This document shows positions 37,086-48,980 of a stretch of DNA of 64,000 nt, piece by piece. Position 1 is the stretch's first letter; every line of letters begins with the position of its first letter. The position numbers were made by a program, and so were the translations under genes. The stretch is from NCBI RefSeq assembly GCF_009834535.1, contig NC_045697.1, forward strand, positions 14,944,001 through 15,008,000. Direction: 5' to 3'. This DNA is from Camelus ferus. Lineage: Eukaryota. The notes beneath the pieces are model-generated. The model made no database searches. It worked only from the letters and a program-made list of their open reading frames with translations, and was not told the origin of the DNA.

Positions 37086-38266
37086 TTTTTTCTTCTTTTT
37101 TGGCATTCTTTTTTATTGAAATATAGCCAGTTTACAATGTTGTGTTAATCTCTGGTGTACAGCATAACGTTTCAGTCATACATATACATACATATATTCG
37201 TTTTCATGTTCTTTTTCATTATAGGTTATTACAAGATACTGAATTCCCTGTGCTACGGAAGAAAACTTTTTTTAAATCTATTTTTATATATAGTAGCTAA
37301 TATTTGCAAATCTCAAACTCCCAAATTTATCCCTCTCCATCCTGTTTCCCTCAGTAACCATAAGACTGTTTACTATGAATGCAAGTCTGTTTGTTTTGTG
37401 GATGAGTTCATTACTGTCCTCTTTTTTTCTTTTTATAGATTCTGCATATAAGTGATATCATATGCTATTTTTCGTTCTCTTTCTGGCTTACTTCACTTAG
37501 AATGACAATCTCCAGGTCCATCCATGTTGCTGCAAATGACATTATTTTATTCTTTTTTATGGCTGAGTAGTATTCCATTGTATAAATATACCACAGCTTC
37601 TTAATCCAGTCATCTATCGATGGACATTTAGGTTGTTTCCATGTCTTGGCTATTGTAAATAGTGCTGCTATGAACACTGGGGTACAGGTGTCTTTTCAAA
37701 TTAGAGTTCCCTCCAGATATATGCTCAGGAGTAGGATTGCTGGATCATATGCTAAGTCTATTTTTAGTTTTTTGAGGAATCTCCATACTGTTTTCCATAG
37801 TGGCTGCACCCAAATACATTCCTGCTAGCAGTATAGGAGGGTTCCCTCTTCTCCACAGCCTTTCCAGCATTTATCTTTTGTGAATTTTTAACGATGGCCA
37901 TTCTGACTGGTGTGAGGTGATATCTCATTGTAGTTTTGATTTTCATTTCTCTGATAATTAGTGATATTGAGCATTTTTCCATGTGCCCACTGGCCATTTG
38001 TATGTCTTCATTAGAGAATTGCTTGTTTAGGTCCGCTGCCCATTTTTGGATCAGGTTATTTGTTTTTTTGTTACTAAGTTTTATGAGCTGTTTATATATT
38101 CTGGAAATTAAACCTTTGTCAGTCACATAATTTGCAAATATTTTCTCCCATTTGATAGGTTGTTTTTTTGTTTTGCTTATGGTTTCCTTTGTTGTGCAAG
38201 AGCTTATAAGTTTAGTTAGGTCCCATTTGTTTATTTTTGCTTTTATTTCTATTGCCTGGGTAGACC
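37086..38266 (-). mobile_element. 5'-truncated LINE-1 with disrupted ORF2 C-terminus and 3' UTR
   Basis: ORF pieces 38126-37764 ([12 protein letters not shown]...[14 protein letters not shown]) and 37677-37465 ([20 protein letters not shown]...YTMEYYSAIKKN) are typical L1 ORF2p; frameshifted; poly(A) end near 37086-37117. Confidence 0.97.
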
Positions 38267-38663
38267 AGAAATTTTTTAATTATCACTTATGACCATAGAC
38301 AAAGAGATGAAAGGATTTCAGTCCAAGACTCAGACATTTCAAAACCACTTGAGGCATCAATACCAACCTGACTTGGTGCCACAGTCTGTTAGGGTCCCCA
38401 CCCTGTGATCTGATTAATTGTGCTTTAGTCTTATTCTAATTATTAGAATTCCTGGGCTGATAACCCTTTCTTTCTTTCTTTCCTAGTCTTTCTTTTCCCT
38501 GAAGGAACATTTGTTCTCTTCCTGCACTTCAGCTTGTTACTCAGGCTCTACCTGTAACCTGACTATGTAGAGGGTGTTCATGGGAGGGGTAAAGGGTTCA
38601 CTGCAAAAAAAAAAAAAAAAAAAAAATCCAAAGGTAACATTTAACAAATGTTACAGCCACCTG

Positions 38664-40280
38664 CAGAGTCTGATTTACAATGAGGCCAAGGAAGCTTAGG
38701 GCTTAGGCCCCATCTTTGGACGTTTCTTCCATCCAGAGGTCTGCAAACATGTTCATAGTCACATTCTTTCCTAATATTTAAAAAGTAGGATAGTTTAAAT
38801 GCAATTAGTTAGCACTTCTGTCCCTCTCCACTCCAACTTTTCTATGGCCCACTTTCTCTCATGACTCTCAGACTAGAATTTTTAGGCTCTAGCTAAGGGA
38901 AAGTTTAGCTTTATTTATGTAGTTAAGGAACCTTTTTATGTACAGTCAAGTTACGGATGGCTTTCCTCGGGTAGGAATGGCTTCCACAGATGGGAATACT
39001 ACCTAATACATGAACTCACCGGATGTCATGACCCAAAGGTGACCCAAAAGCGACCAGTGAATATCTCGGGCAGTCCCCAACCCTGACAGTCTGAGGACAG
39101 TGGGTGGACTGCTCATTACATAGCTGTTCAGGCCCTGAAATTTGCAACCTGAAGTCAAAGATATTTTAGGCATCAAAAATATATTTCCAATGAGTTGCAA
39201 GAAAAACTTGAATAAAAACACGCTTGTAAAATATTCAAAAGCTTGAGAAAGTCAAAATATGCCATTTTAATTGCAACTAAAAACATGTTATAGCACATTT
39301 CAATAAAACAGAAATATAGACTTCTGTTTAGATATATGTGAAATTACCTTATTGTCATTTATAAAATGACATTAAAAATGAGAGGAAATTTAGATAAAAA
39401 AATGCAATATAAAACAAAAGTGACAGAAGTGAAAAATGAAACTATCAACTTAGAAATTACTTTGACATGAAGAAGCAAATTGTAACAACACCAAGAAAAA
39501 AAAACCAAAATACTCAAATTACATCAAAAGGACTAATCTTTAGAAGAAGAGATTTGATGTGAAATAATGAGTAAGCTCTTGGATTGATAACCAAGTAGTA
39601 AAAAGGAATGAGTAACGGATCAAATAAATACATTGGAAAAAAGATTTAAGTTTCATGTTGAAATAATGTGAAATGATCAGAAAACATCGATATTGATGAA
39701 AATAACAACCTTTTAATATAATAGTAAAATGATATCAATGATAAACTGGTAATGAATACTGTCAATTCAATGGTGACTCAAGATTACTGAACAATAAAGT
39801 TTGAAAAATCACAAAATGTTAAAACTTATTTTATGAAAGAAAATCAAAAGACATTTTTCTGTCTGATAATAACCCTAAAAATACATATAATATTGCAAAT
39901 AACGAGTTGTTAAGTGAAAGCAAGCTTTCCTACCTGTAATAAAAAGTTAACTTCAGTCAATTCTGCTATAAGCCTGAATTATCCTTCTTTCCTGTCTATA
40001 AAATGATACAAAAAATGGCATAAAAGCCAGAATTTGGAAAAGTATTACACAGGTTTATAAAGCACTGAATATATTTTAAAGTATGTTACTATTTTAATTT
40101 TTTCATATTTATGTCATTTGTCATCTTCCTAAAATTCATAATTTTGAAATGTATAATTTCTCTTCCTAAATAAATATTCACTTTACACTTAGTTTTTATT
40201 TTAATCATATAACCTTTCTCTTAAAGGGTATCACCAAACTATATAAACTCAAGACCCCACAAAACCTAAATCTGCTTCTG
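38664..40280 (+). mobile_element. Zaphod/MER115-like hAT-Tip100 element, internally deleted
   Basis: Ends CAGAGTCTGATTTAC...GAAGCTTAG...GGCCCC and CCCCACAAAACCTAAATCTGCTTCTG; AT-rich decayed interior. Confidence 0.65.
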
Positions 40281-40449
40281 CATGATAGTAAGATTAAATG
40301 ACTTAAGTAAACTCCAAGGCCAATTCAAAAACAGAGATCTATCAAAGTTTATGTAATTTGAATTCTCAGAGCTAATGTGTCAGCTTTGACATATAAAGAG
40401 GGTACCACTAACTTAGAGTCAGCCTTGTGAGAAATGCACACACACACAC

Positions 40450-41083
40450 ACACAAACAATTTGAGACACTGTATTTAATTTATATCATTGCATAATCAAT
40501 TACCAAAAACTTAGCAACTGATAGCATTATCCATTTATTATTTCACAGTTCTGCAAGTAAGAAGTCTAAGCAGGCTTGGCTGGGTTTTCTACTGAGGATC
40601 TCACAAGGCTAGAATCTAAGTATCAGTAGGCTGGACTCCTAGAAGTTCTAGGGACTAACCCACATCCAAGTTCATTCAAATTGTTGAAACAATCCAGTTC
40701 CTTGTGGTTATAGGTCTGAGGTCCCCACCTCTTTCCTGGCTGTCAGTTTCTTCTCAGGCTGGTCTTCTCCTAGAAACTGTCTTCTCACATAACACCCCCT
40801 CCCTTTTTCAAATTGTCAACAGTACACAATATTTTTCATGCTTCTAATCTCTCTGGCTTGTTCTTCTGCCACCAGTTGGAGGCAACTCTACACTTTTAAG
40901 GAATTAAGTGATTAGATTAAGCACACACAGATAATCTCCCAAAACGTCAACTCTGATATGCAACAGAATATAATCACAGGAATGATATTTCAACATATTC
41001 AAAGATTCTATCCACGCTCAAAGAGGAGGGGATTATATAAGGGTGAAGGTCATTGAGGGCCATTCTTAGAATTCTGCCTACCA
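40450..41083 (-). mobile_element. MaLR LTR (MLT1E/F-like)
   Basis: ATTACCAAAAACTTAG...TTTATTATTTCACAGTTCTG...CATTCTTAGAATTCTGCCTACCAC. Confidence 0.8.
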
Positions 41084-41799
41084 CTTTCTATTGGAGTAAC
41101 ATGACTTCATATTGCACGTGCAATCCAAGTCAAGGGGAATCAAAGATGACTCTTTCACAGGGAGCTTGAACCCTGGTCCATATAAAGCTAAGGAAATAAA
41201 TCAGAGAGAGACCAAGAGACGAAGAGAGATAATTTGATAGAGCAGAAGAGAGGGAGAAAAAGAAAAACAAGTCTGTCATGACCCCACATACTCTGCATAT
41301 TCTTTCTCCCCTCTGGTTTGCTAATGTATGCTCTCTACGGAAGACATGAAACTTCTAAAATGTTTGTTTTTCTTAAAAGTTATTTGCATCTCCTAATTGG
41401 CATGTCATTTCATAATTACACTCTGGTACCAAATCTGAAGTTTTGAGCCATTCTTATGTCTTCCTTCCCTGTTAAGTTGTTTATGCTGTGGAATGTTTGA
41501 GTCTATAATTAAATTATTGTCTCAAACAAATTAACCATATCCGTGCATATATTAACATATCATTATAAGAGTGGAAAAACAGAGATGTGTGCTATAGAGT
41601 ATCTCGCTGAATGATGCTGCACAGATCTGGGCTTGCTTTTCTGGTAACTTGCCTCAATTCTGGGGGTGGGAGGAGACTGAAAATATAACTCCAGGAAAAA
41701 GACATAACTTACCCTTACCTTAAAATAAGGCGACAGTGTGAGAGTTGGAAATATTTTTGAACAAATATCTACTCTAATCCTCCTTCCTTTCTCAAGATG

Positions 41800-42141
41800 G
41801 GAAAAATACATTTTTAGTTCCTTGGTCATGTGTCTGGATTTGGTCGACAGGACTCTAGCGAATATGGTATGACAATGGGGTGTAAATGGATTTGAGGTTT
41901 GGCTTCCCTCTCATGCTCTGGTGACCTGCTATGACAAGACCAAGCCCCTTCAAACTGCAAATTAGGACACATCAATATGGAGCAGAACTGACATGACTTG
42001 CTGATCAGCTAAGTCTCCCCACTGAACCTCGTCTCAATCAGCCAAACCAATTAACTGCAGACCTGCCTGTGTGTTGTTGCAAGCCTATTGAGTAGAGGAT
42101 GCTTTGTTACACAGCATTGTTCCAGCGATAGTTGACTAATA
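41800..42141 (+). mobile_element. MaLR LTR (MLT1H/I-like) remnant
   Basis: TTTGTTACACAGCATTGTT...ATAGTTGACTAATA 3' end. Confidence 0.6.
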
Positions 42142-42249
42142 GAAATGAGAAAGGGAGGAAAAAATCTAGAGATACAGATTTTGATTTAAATCAGATTCAG
42201 TTAAATATATACATATTTATATTCTCTCTCTCTATATATAATGTATGTC

Positions 42250-42272
42250 TGTGTGTGTGTGTGTGTGTGTGT
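42250..42272. repeat. (TG)n microsatellite
   Basis: Visible run. Confidence 0.95.
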
Positions 42273-43198
42273 ATAGCACATGCCTGTGTGTATATGTAGT
42301 GTTTTTTCAACAGTGTATCACACTTAAAAAACTGCTCTCTTTGGTAGATAATTTTATGCTAAAATTTATATTTAAAGAAGTCCTTACATGATAATTTTGT
42401 TCACAGTAAAATGTAACAACAGTGCAGCCAGAAATGTTATTTCTCCTTGTTGGACTAGCAGCCACTGTAGTTGCCTGCTTATTCATAATTTTAAAAGGAT
42501 CTTATAACTCTCTAAACAGGCATATGTAGAAAACTGCCTTTTGAGAAGGCTATAACCTTCTAAATATTCTAGATCTATATTACATCTGATTTTGTGAGAT
42601 GTTTGATTTTTATAAATAAGAGAAAAATACTTGCAGATTACATCAAGGTCACATCGGTCCCCTTGCATCAAAATAGCATCAAAAGAAAAAGAGAAATACC
42701 GAGGCAGAAAGAACACTTAAAAACACTACTAAAATAAATTTAAATGGATGGGAAAGCCTTCTTCTACTTTCACAGTTGTAAAAGCACATCACTGTCTATA
42801 AAGACTTCTGACCATAAGATTTCTTCTCCTACTCACTATGAAATCAAAAACAGTGACTGGCAACATGATATAATCCACATGAATAATCAATACATAAAGT
42901 GCTGAAAAGATATACATTCTTACAAACTTTTGGGTGATAAAAACTTGGATGGTTTCAAGCTGTGGAAATCATAACAACCAACTACTGAGCAGAATGAGGG
43001 GGTGGTGTAATGAGTGAATACAGCCCCCATACAGTCCTTCACAAATAGCAACAGTATGCAGGCAACGACATGTGACTGAAACTAAGAAAACCTCTCCCAT
43101 AATTTTATAAAATTATTATTTAGGCACCATCGTTTTTCTTTTTAAACTCAATTTTAATTCATATTCTAGATTCAAATGGTTTACTTTTCAATCTAGAG

Positions 43199-43417
43199 AA
43201 GGGCTTCTCACCCTCAGCACTGTGTACATTTTGGGCTGCATAATTCTTTGTTGTAGGGGGCTGACCTGCTCATTGTAAGATGTTCAGCAGCATCCCTGAC
43301 TTCTACATATTAGATGTCAGAAGCACCCTCTAACCTGGAGCTATGACAACCCAAAATGTCTCCATACTTGGCCAAATATTCCCTAGGGACAAAATCACCC
43401 CCAGTTGAAAACCAATG
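43199..43417 (+). mobile_element. MER20 hAT-Charlie element, full length
   Basis: MER20-like body; 8-bp TSD ATCTAGAG (43191-43198) / ATCTAGAA (43418-43425). Confidence 0.92.
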
Positions 43418-44045
43418 ATCTAGAAAAATGTAATGCAATAACATTCATTCTTCCAACACCAGATGCTAATCACAAACACCAAAACAGTCATAATTTTATG
43501 ATGTTTACTCTTTGCCAGACACATAGTAACTCATTTTACTCCTTACAAAAGTGAAATGCCTTATATATTATTAGTATCTTCTATTATTGATGAAAAACTG
43601 AAACATAAAGAAGTTAAGGGACTTGCTCCAGCAATAAATGAGCCTGGATTTGAACACTAGAATTTCTCCCTTTTTGGAAAGGAAGTCCTAAATGAAATAG
43701 ACTTGAAGACATCAGGATTCCAGAGTGACCTTGGACACACGAGCAGCGTCCCCAGGGAGCTATCTTTGCCCATCGGTTGTATCTGGAAGCTGAGCTAGAT
43801 GACTTCAGAGGACCTTTCCACTGCTGACAATCTGTAGGTCCCTACATTAGAGGCAGATCTACTTGGCTGTATTTATTTCAATAAAGGCAAGCTAACCACA
43901 CATTAGATAGTGTCCAGCAACAGCAGCTCAGTTCCTAATGGCAGCCATCCATCTTCACTGATTGAAATTCACAGTGTTTTAGAGCATACGTTTCCTTAAA
44001 CCCGTCTGCTATGAGAAAACTCTGCAGGGAAGAGAGGCTGCTCAC

Positions 44046-44145
44046 AAAACAGTCTTGCAAATTTCTCCGTGGATTTCTTCACAAGGTCTTCGAGGTCAAT
44101 CATAGACATGGTTGGAGAGAACACATACGTTCTCCCTTCTTGCAT
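44046..44145 (-). CDS. Candidate alternative coding exon (MQEGRTYVFSPTMSMIDLEDLVKKSTEKFARLF + phase-1 T)
   Basis: In-frame ATGs at 44145, 44109 (CCAACCATG) and 44103; donor TTT|GTGAGC after 44046 in phase 1; CpG-retaining, repeat-free sequence; same strand and phase as the 2416-2347 exon. Confidence 0.4.
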
Positions 44146-46085
44146 AGCCGATAGGAGAAAGGAGTTAACTGCTGGCCAGATGACTGTAAAATTACCCTTT
44201 GAAGTAAGTGCCAGAAAATGTGATCAGCCTAACGTTAATTAAATTACTAATGAACACGGGAAGGAGCCAGTTTCCGCATCTGAGATGACTACTGTAAATC
44301 CCATTCTCACAAAAAATAAGACTTGAGTGCATGAGAATATGCTGAATTCCATTCCTGACCTCACTGAAAATTTGTCTTCACTAGTTCATCTGTCCCTAAC
44401 CTCACTCTGCCTTCAATGAACCTGTTCAGCTGCTGTGAAAACCACTTCTCTGTTACAGATACTGCTTATTTCACACAATTCCTTAAAGTCCGTCATTACA
44501 TCTGTTTCCAATGGGTCAACACTCTTGACCATTTAATTCCCCTACTCACAGACCTGATCTCAGACATGTATTCTTACAAATTCCAATGGAAAAGTAAAGT
44601 TGTATGTGGTTACCTACATGGTAAACTACCTTGGGCACAACAGGGAAGTCCAGGAGAACTATGTCCTGTATTTATTTAATTAGTATGATTTTTGACAGAG
44701 AAATTTCCAAAGTTACACCAGAAACAAAATTATTAAAAAGAAAATACAGTTCTCAATCTTTCTGAGCCAGAAACCCACAGTGCTATGTCAAGTCCCAAAG
44801 ACACCCTCCCCTGTCCCTTTCCACAAGCAGATGCATTACCACACTTTAAAGTGCTTTAGAGGGTCACTTATGGTCAATCACTGCATATTCAGCCAGTGTT
44901 ACAACCCAAATACACTCCTGAAAACATTAAAAACCAGAAGCAAAAAATCCTGAAAAACCACGGCAAATGTGAGCCATAGTTTTTACATATACATGACATA
45001 TATGAATAAATGTGTGATATTTATAAATAAATTGCTATGTATAGAAATGTTTCCCTTAATTGCTATACAAAACTGAAAAATTATTTTTTACTTCTTCTCT
45101 TCAAATCCTAAAAATTTTTTACGAGGACATGGTTATATTAGGAAAACATATAAACATACTTAGATTATTCAAGAGGAATGCAATGAGGCAAATGATACAG
45201 TTGACAGATGTCTAATTAGAACTCTTTGGTCCTTCCAGCTTTTAATGATAGATTTTCCCACACTGAATAATCATCACTTCTACCTGTACCAAATCCATAG
45301 CCAGGCTCACATCGCCTTGCCGTTATGATGCTAAGAACTTTCCACACTGAATTATTAAATGATCTCAGGAGTTGGCTACAGCTCATAGAAATGTGACAGC
45401 CCAATGTGTCTTAGTGCTGTGAACTGTAACCAAAAGACTAAACACCCTTGACAGCCTGATAAAAAATTAATTATTATTCATTCAATGGAAAGGATACAAC
45501 TCTGCCAAAAGCTGTTAATTGTGGAGCTTTTAGAGTTCTCAGTTCCTCTCTCGGAGAGGGCACAACAGTAGGATTTTTCATGAGGATTAAGTAGCATATA
45601 CAAAATATCTAGCCTTGCCTGGCACACGCTGGATATTTACACCTTAGTTCCTTTCACTGGCCTGAGAATTTTTTGTCTTCTTTCCTCCCTAAATGGCAAC
45701 TGCATCCTTAAAGACCAGAGGTAGCAATCAGAATGAAGGAATGGAAGAAATACTGGGCTCTGAGAAAAGATGACGGTTAAGAGATACTTCAGATGCAGTC
45801 AAAGCACTCAGGTACTCCAGGCTAGTTCAAGTGGCTTAAACTTGTCCAGTTCTGTCTGTTCACTGGGTTATTGTGTACATTGAGAAAGACAGGGGAGAGA
45901 TTTTTTTAAAAGCCTATATATTACAAAATAGGTATTCTTATTTTTACAGCTAGTAGGTACGGAATTCATGTTGGTAAAACTGTTAGTGAATTGTGTGATC
46001 AGGAAAGGTCAATTCAATATTTGGTTTCCAAAATTCCACTCAGAAGAATAAGCCTCCAATTTTACCATTTAGTGACAATTTCTTC

Positions 46086-46087
<2 letters not shown>

Positions 46088-46131
<44 letters not shown>
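46088..46131. repeat. (CA)n microsatellite
   Basis: Visible run. Confidence 0.97.
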
Positions 46132-46132
<1 letters not shown>

Positions 46133-46499
46133 GATCCTCCCCTGCACGTGCTGATTAAATTTATTCAGTTAGGACATGACTGGATACAACAGAAATACAG
46201 GTAAAAAATGAATTTGCCAAGTAATAATGATAAACGACATGAGTCTTTTCTCTTTAAAAGTTAACTTAGTGGATTGAGGTCGTTTACCAATCTTGCATTA
46301 GAGGAACTATTTTAAGCATCTAAAAATTGATCATTCCAAAACTGAATAAATAGTGGGCAGGGATCACTGAGCTATTTTCTTCTGTTATTACAAAGCATAG
46401 GAAATCCCTGCCTGTGGAATATCTCTTGCCCACACTCTGATCAGATACAGCCACACAATTTGCATGTCTCTAGGACTGTGAACACTTTTATGTTCAAAG

Positions 46500-47340
46500 T
46501 GAGGCGAGGCTGAGGACGATGCAGAGGACAGAGTGCTGGCTGAACTTGCCGCAGCGAAGCCTGTTTTTTAAATACCTCATTTTTTAGGCTTCTCTTGGCA
46601 GACTGACCTTTCCTTATAGTAGCTTATCTGGCTGTGGAACACTATTCCCAGGCCTCCTGGGGTTCACAAATCTATGAAGAAGCAGAGTCAGAAAATAAAG
46701 GGGATCTGGGAGCAAAACACACAATCAAAATAAAGTTTCTGCCGAGTTAGAGTAGGATGTGGACGAGCCTCTAAATGCCAAAGGTGGCTTTTCAGCTTCC
46801 CAGCTCACATCCCCCTCTGCTGTCCTGAGAAAAGAAAGCAGCAAGGGGCTCAGCCTCCTGGGGAATAAATACTAGGTGGTGATGCGGGGAAAATAAAGCC
46901 TTTCTTACCAGGGCAGAGAGCACTGATGCAAAGGGCCAGTCAGTGCCGCGTAGTTGCAGAACTGTCGGAAGTAACCCTTGGAAGCTCAAGATGGGGCATA
47001 AAAGAGTTGAAATAACTTATTGTGAGCGCAGAGCTGTGTAGTCTGACAGTTGTTTCATGTGGAAAGATCGGGAACTTGAGTCAATCACGGCAACTTCGAA
47101 ATGCTGTCATCCCTCTCTGGTTTTGTGTTCCCCTCCACTTGTATATCTGTAAACTGAAGCCGACAACAGCAGCCTTGCAGACACATGGAGAGAACTAAGA
47201 TAGTGTGTATGAAAACACCTACTGTAATATCTGCATATCTTACGTCCCCCTGGAAGTTCATTTTTCCTCCGACTGATGTCAATGATGCTTGAGGGCATAG
47301 CACCGAGACAGAGTGGGGACTTCAGAGATGCAGGGGTTCC
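46500..47340 (-). promoter_or_regulatory. CpG-retaining unique block with two minus-strand splice donors; candidate alternative promoter/first exon
   Basis: Visibly more CpG than the flanks; donors GAC|GTAAGA after 47244 and CTG|GTAAGA after 46909. Confidence 0.4.
47244..47298 (-). CDS. Candidate coding first exon (MPSSIIDISRRKNELPGG + phase-1 C)
   Basis: ATG at 47298 (G at -3); 55 nt (18 codons + 1) to the GTAAGA donor; no recognised homology. Confidence 0.25.
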
Positions 47341-47574
47341 ACCTGAGACCCCTATTCTGCCTGAGGAAGGACCATAGGAGGTATCTGATCTCAGGGCATG
47401 TTGTTGAGATGTTTCTGAGCTTCAGTTTAGTCACTTATAAAATGGGGTCATAATAATTGACTATCTGTGGTTGTTAAAGCAGAGAATGAAAGGAAATGTC
47501 TTTGTGTGTTAATATGAGCCTTCATTATTATTACCATCATCATTAGTATAGGGCCCAAGAGTCCACTATACTAA

Positions 47575-47790
47575 CACTAGTCCACTCACTCTCCCTTCTC
47601 CCTCTTTCTTCTTTATGTATAAAGACACTTATCATTGGATTTAGGGCCCACCCGAAGTCCAGGATGATTCCATCCCAAAATCCTAACCTCAATTACATCT
47701 GCAAAGACCCCTTTTCCAAATAAGGTTATACTCATAGGTTCCCCGGGGCTAGGAGATTGGCACATCTTTGGGGGAATCACAATACAACCC
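47575..47790 (-). mobile_element. MaLR LTR (MLT1B/C-like) fragment
   Basis: CATTGGATTTAGGGCCCACC...ATTACATCTGCAAAGACCCCTTTTCCAAATAAGGT. Confidence 0.85.
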
Positions 47791-48077
47791 AGATGTGAAG
47801 AATAGAAATGAATGTATTACGTAATGCCAGGTAGTGACAGGGCTACAAGAATGAGAGTTAAGGATGAATAGGGGATGCTTTTTGAGTAAAGGTCTTCCAA
47901 AGGTGACATCTGAGTCAAGAGCTAAATGACACCAGGAGAGAGTAAGACAAGCAAAGAAATGGAGGACATGTGTTCTAGGCAGAGCAAGCAGCAAATGCAA
48001 GCAGACAGGAAAACCCAGAGTTGGGGTGGCTGGAGGCACAGTGAGGGAGCAGGGCAGTAGGGAAACAGATGAGGGGG

Positions 48078-48452
48078 TTACTATGAATTGAACGTTTGTG
48101 TCCTCCCCAAACTGGTATGTTGAAATCCTAATCCCCAATGTGATGCTATTAGGAGGTAGGGCTTTGGGGAGGTAATTAGTTCATCAGGGTGGAGCCCTCA
48201 GGAGTGGGATTAGTGGCCTTATGAGAAGAGACATGAGAGAGCTTCCTTCTTGTCCCTGCCCCCCACCACAAGAGGTCACAACGAGAAGACAGTCATCTGC
48301 AACACAGAAGAGGACTCTCACCAGAACCTGGCCATGCTGGCACCCTGATCTTCGACTTCTAGCCTCCAGAGCTATGAGAAATAAGTTTCTGTTGTTGATA
48401 AGTCACCCAGTCTGTGATATTTTTGTTACAGCAGCCTAAGCTAAAAAACATA
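48078..48452 (+). mobile_element. MaLR LTR (MLT1A-like)
   Basis: TGAACGTTTGTGTCCTCCCCAAA...TGCTGGCACCCTGATCTT...TTTGTTACAGCAGCC. Confidence 0.9.
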
Positions 48453-48649
48453 CAGGTCATGAGGAGGATTTTGCACAAGTTTGATGGGGAGCAAGACAAG
48501 ACTGAGAGCAGCAGAGACTCTTCATCTTTAAGGCAGACATTCTATTTTAAATCAAACCCTAGAAATAGGTCTAAACATTCCAATAGTTACGTTCTCAAAT
48601 AATTAGCTCTAATAATAAGATAACACTCCAGGAGCAATTCTTTGCCAAT

Positions 48650-48980
48650 ATTAAAACTAAATTCAGAATTTCCTACAATGTCTTTTCATCATCTTGTGCT
48701 TCACTGAACATGTCATGCGTTTGCATAAACGATTCCTTCTGTCTACATGCCCTTCCCCTGTGTGTCTCCTCCCTCTGCGGTGGTTGGTCAAAGGCCACTC
48801 ACCCTCCCTCCACGCTCCAGGGCACCTATTCCCCTGAGCACTTCCTTCACTGCCCCATCAGCGTCTGTCTACAAGCCTGCCTCCCCACATCAGTGTCTTA
48901 CTCATCTATGGAGTCCTAGAAACTAGCACATTGCACAATGGGTGCCGAATAAATGTCTGGTAAATGTGTGAGTGAATCTT
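48650..48980 (+). mobile_element. L2 3' fragment
   Basis: AATAAATGTCTGGTAAATG tail and upstream L2-like motifs. Confidence 0.55.

Noticed and set aside
37465..38126. Two protein-like ORFs of 120 and 70 aa
   Set aside because: Frameshifted LINE-1 ORF2 remnants, not host genes
47297..47315. RE1/REST-like AGCACC...GACAG (also near 4685 and 31916)
   Set aside because: Half-site spacing is shorter than canonical and the flanks mismatch
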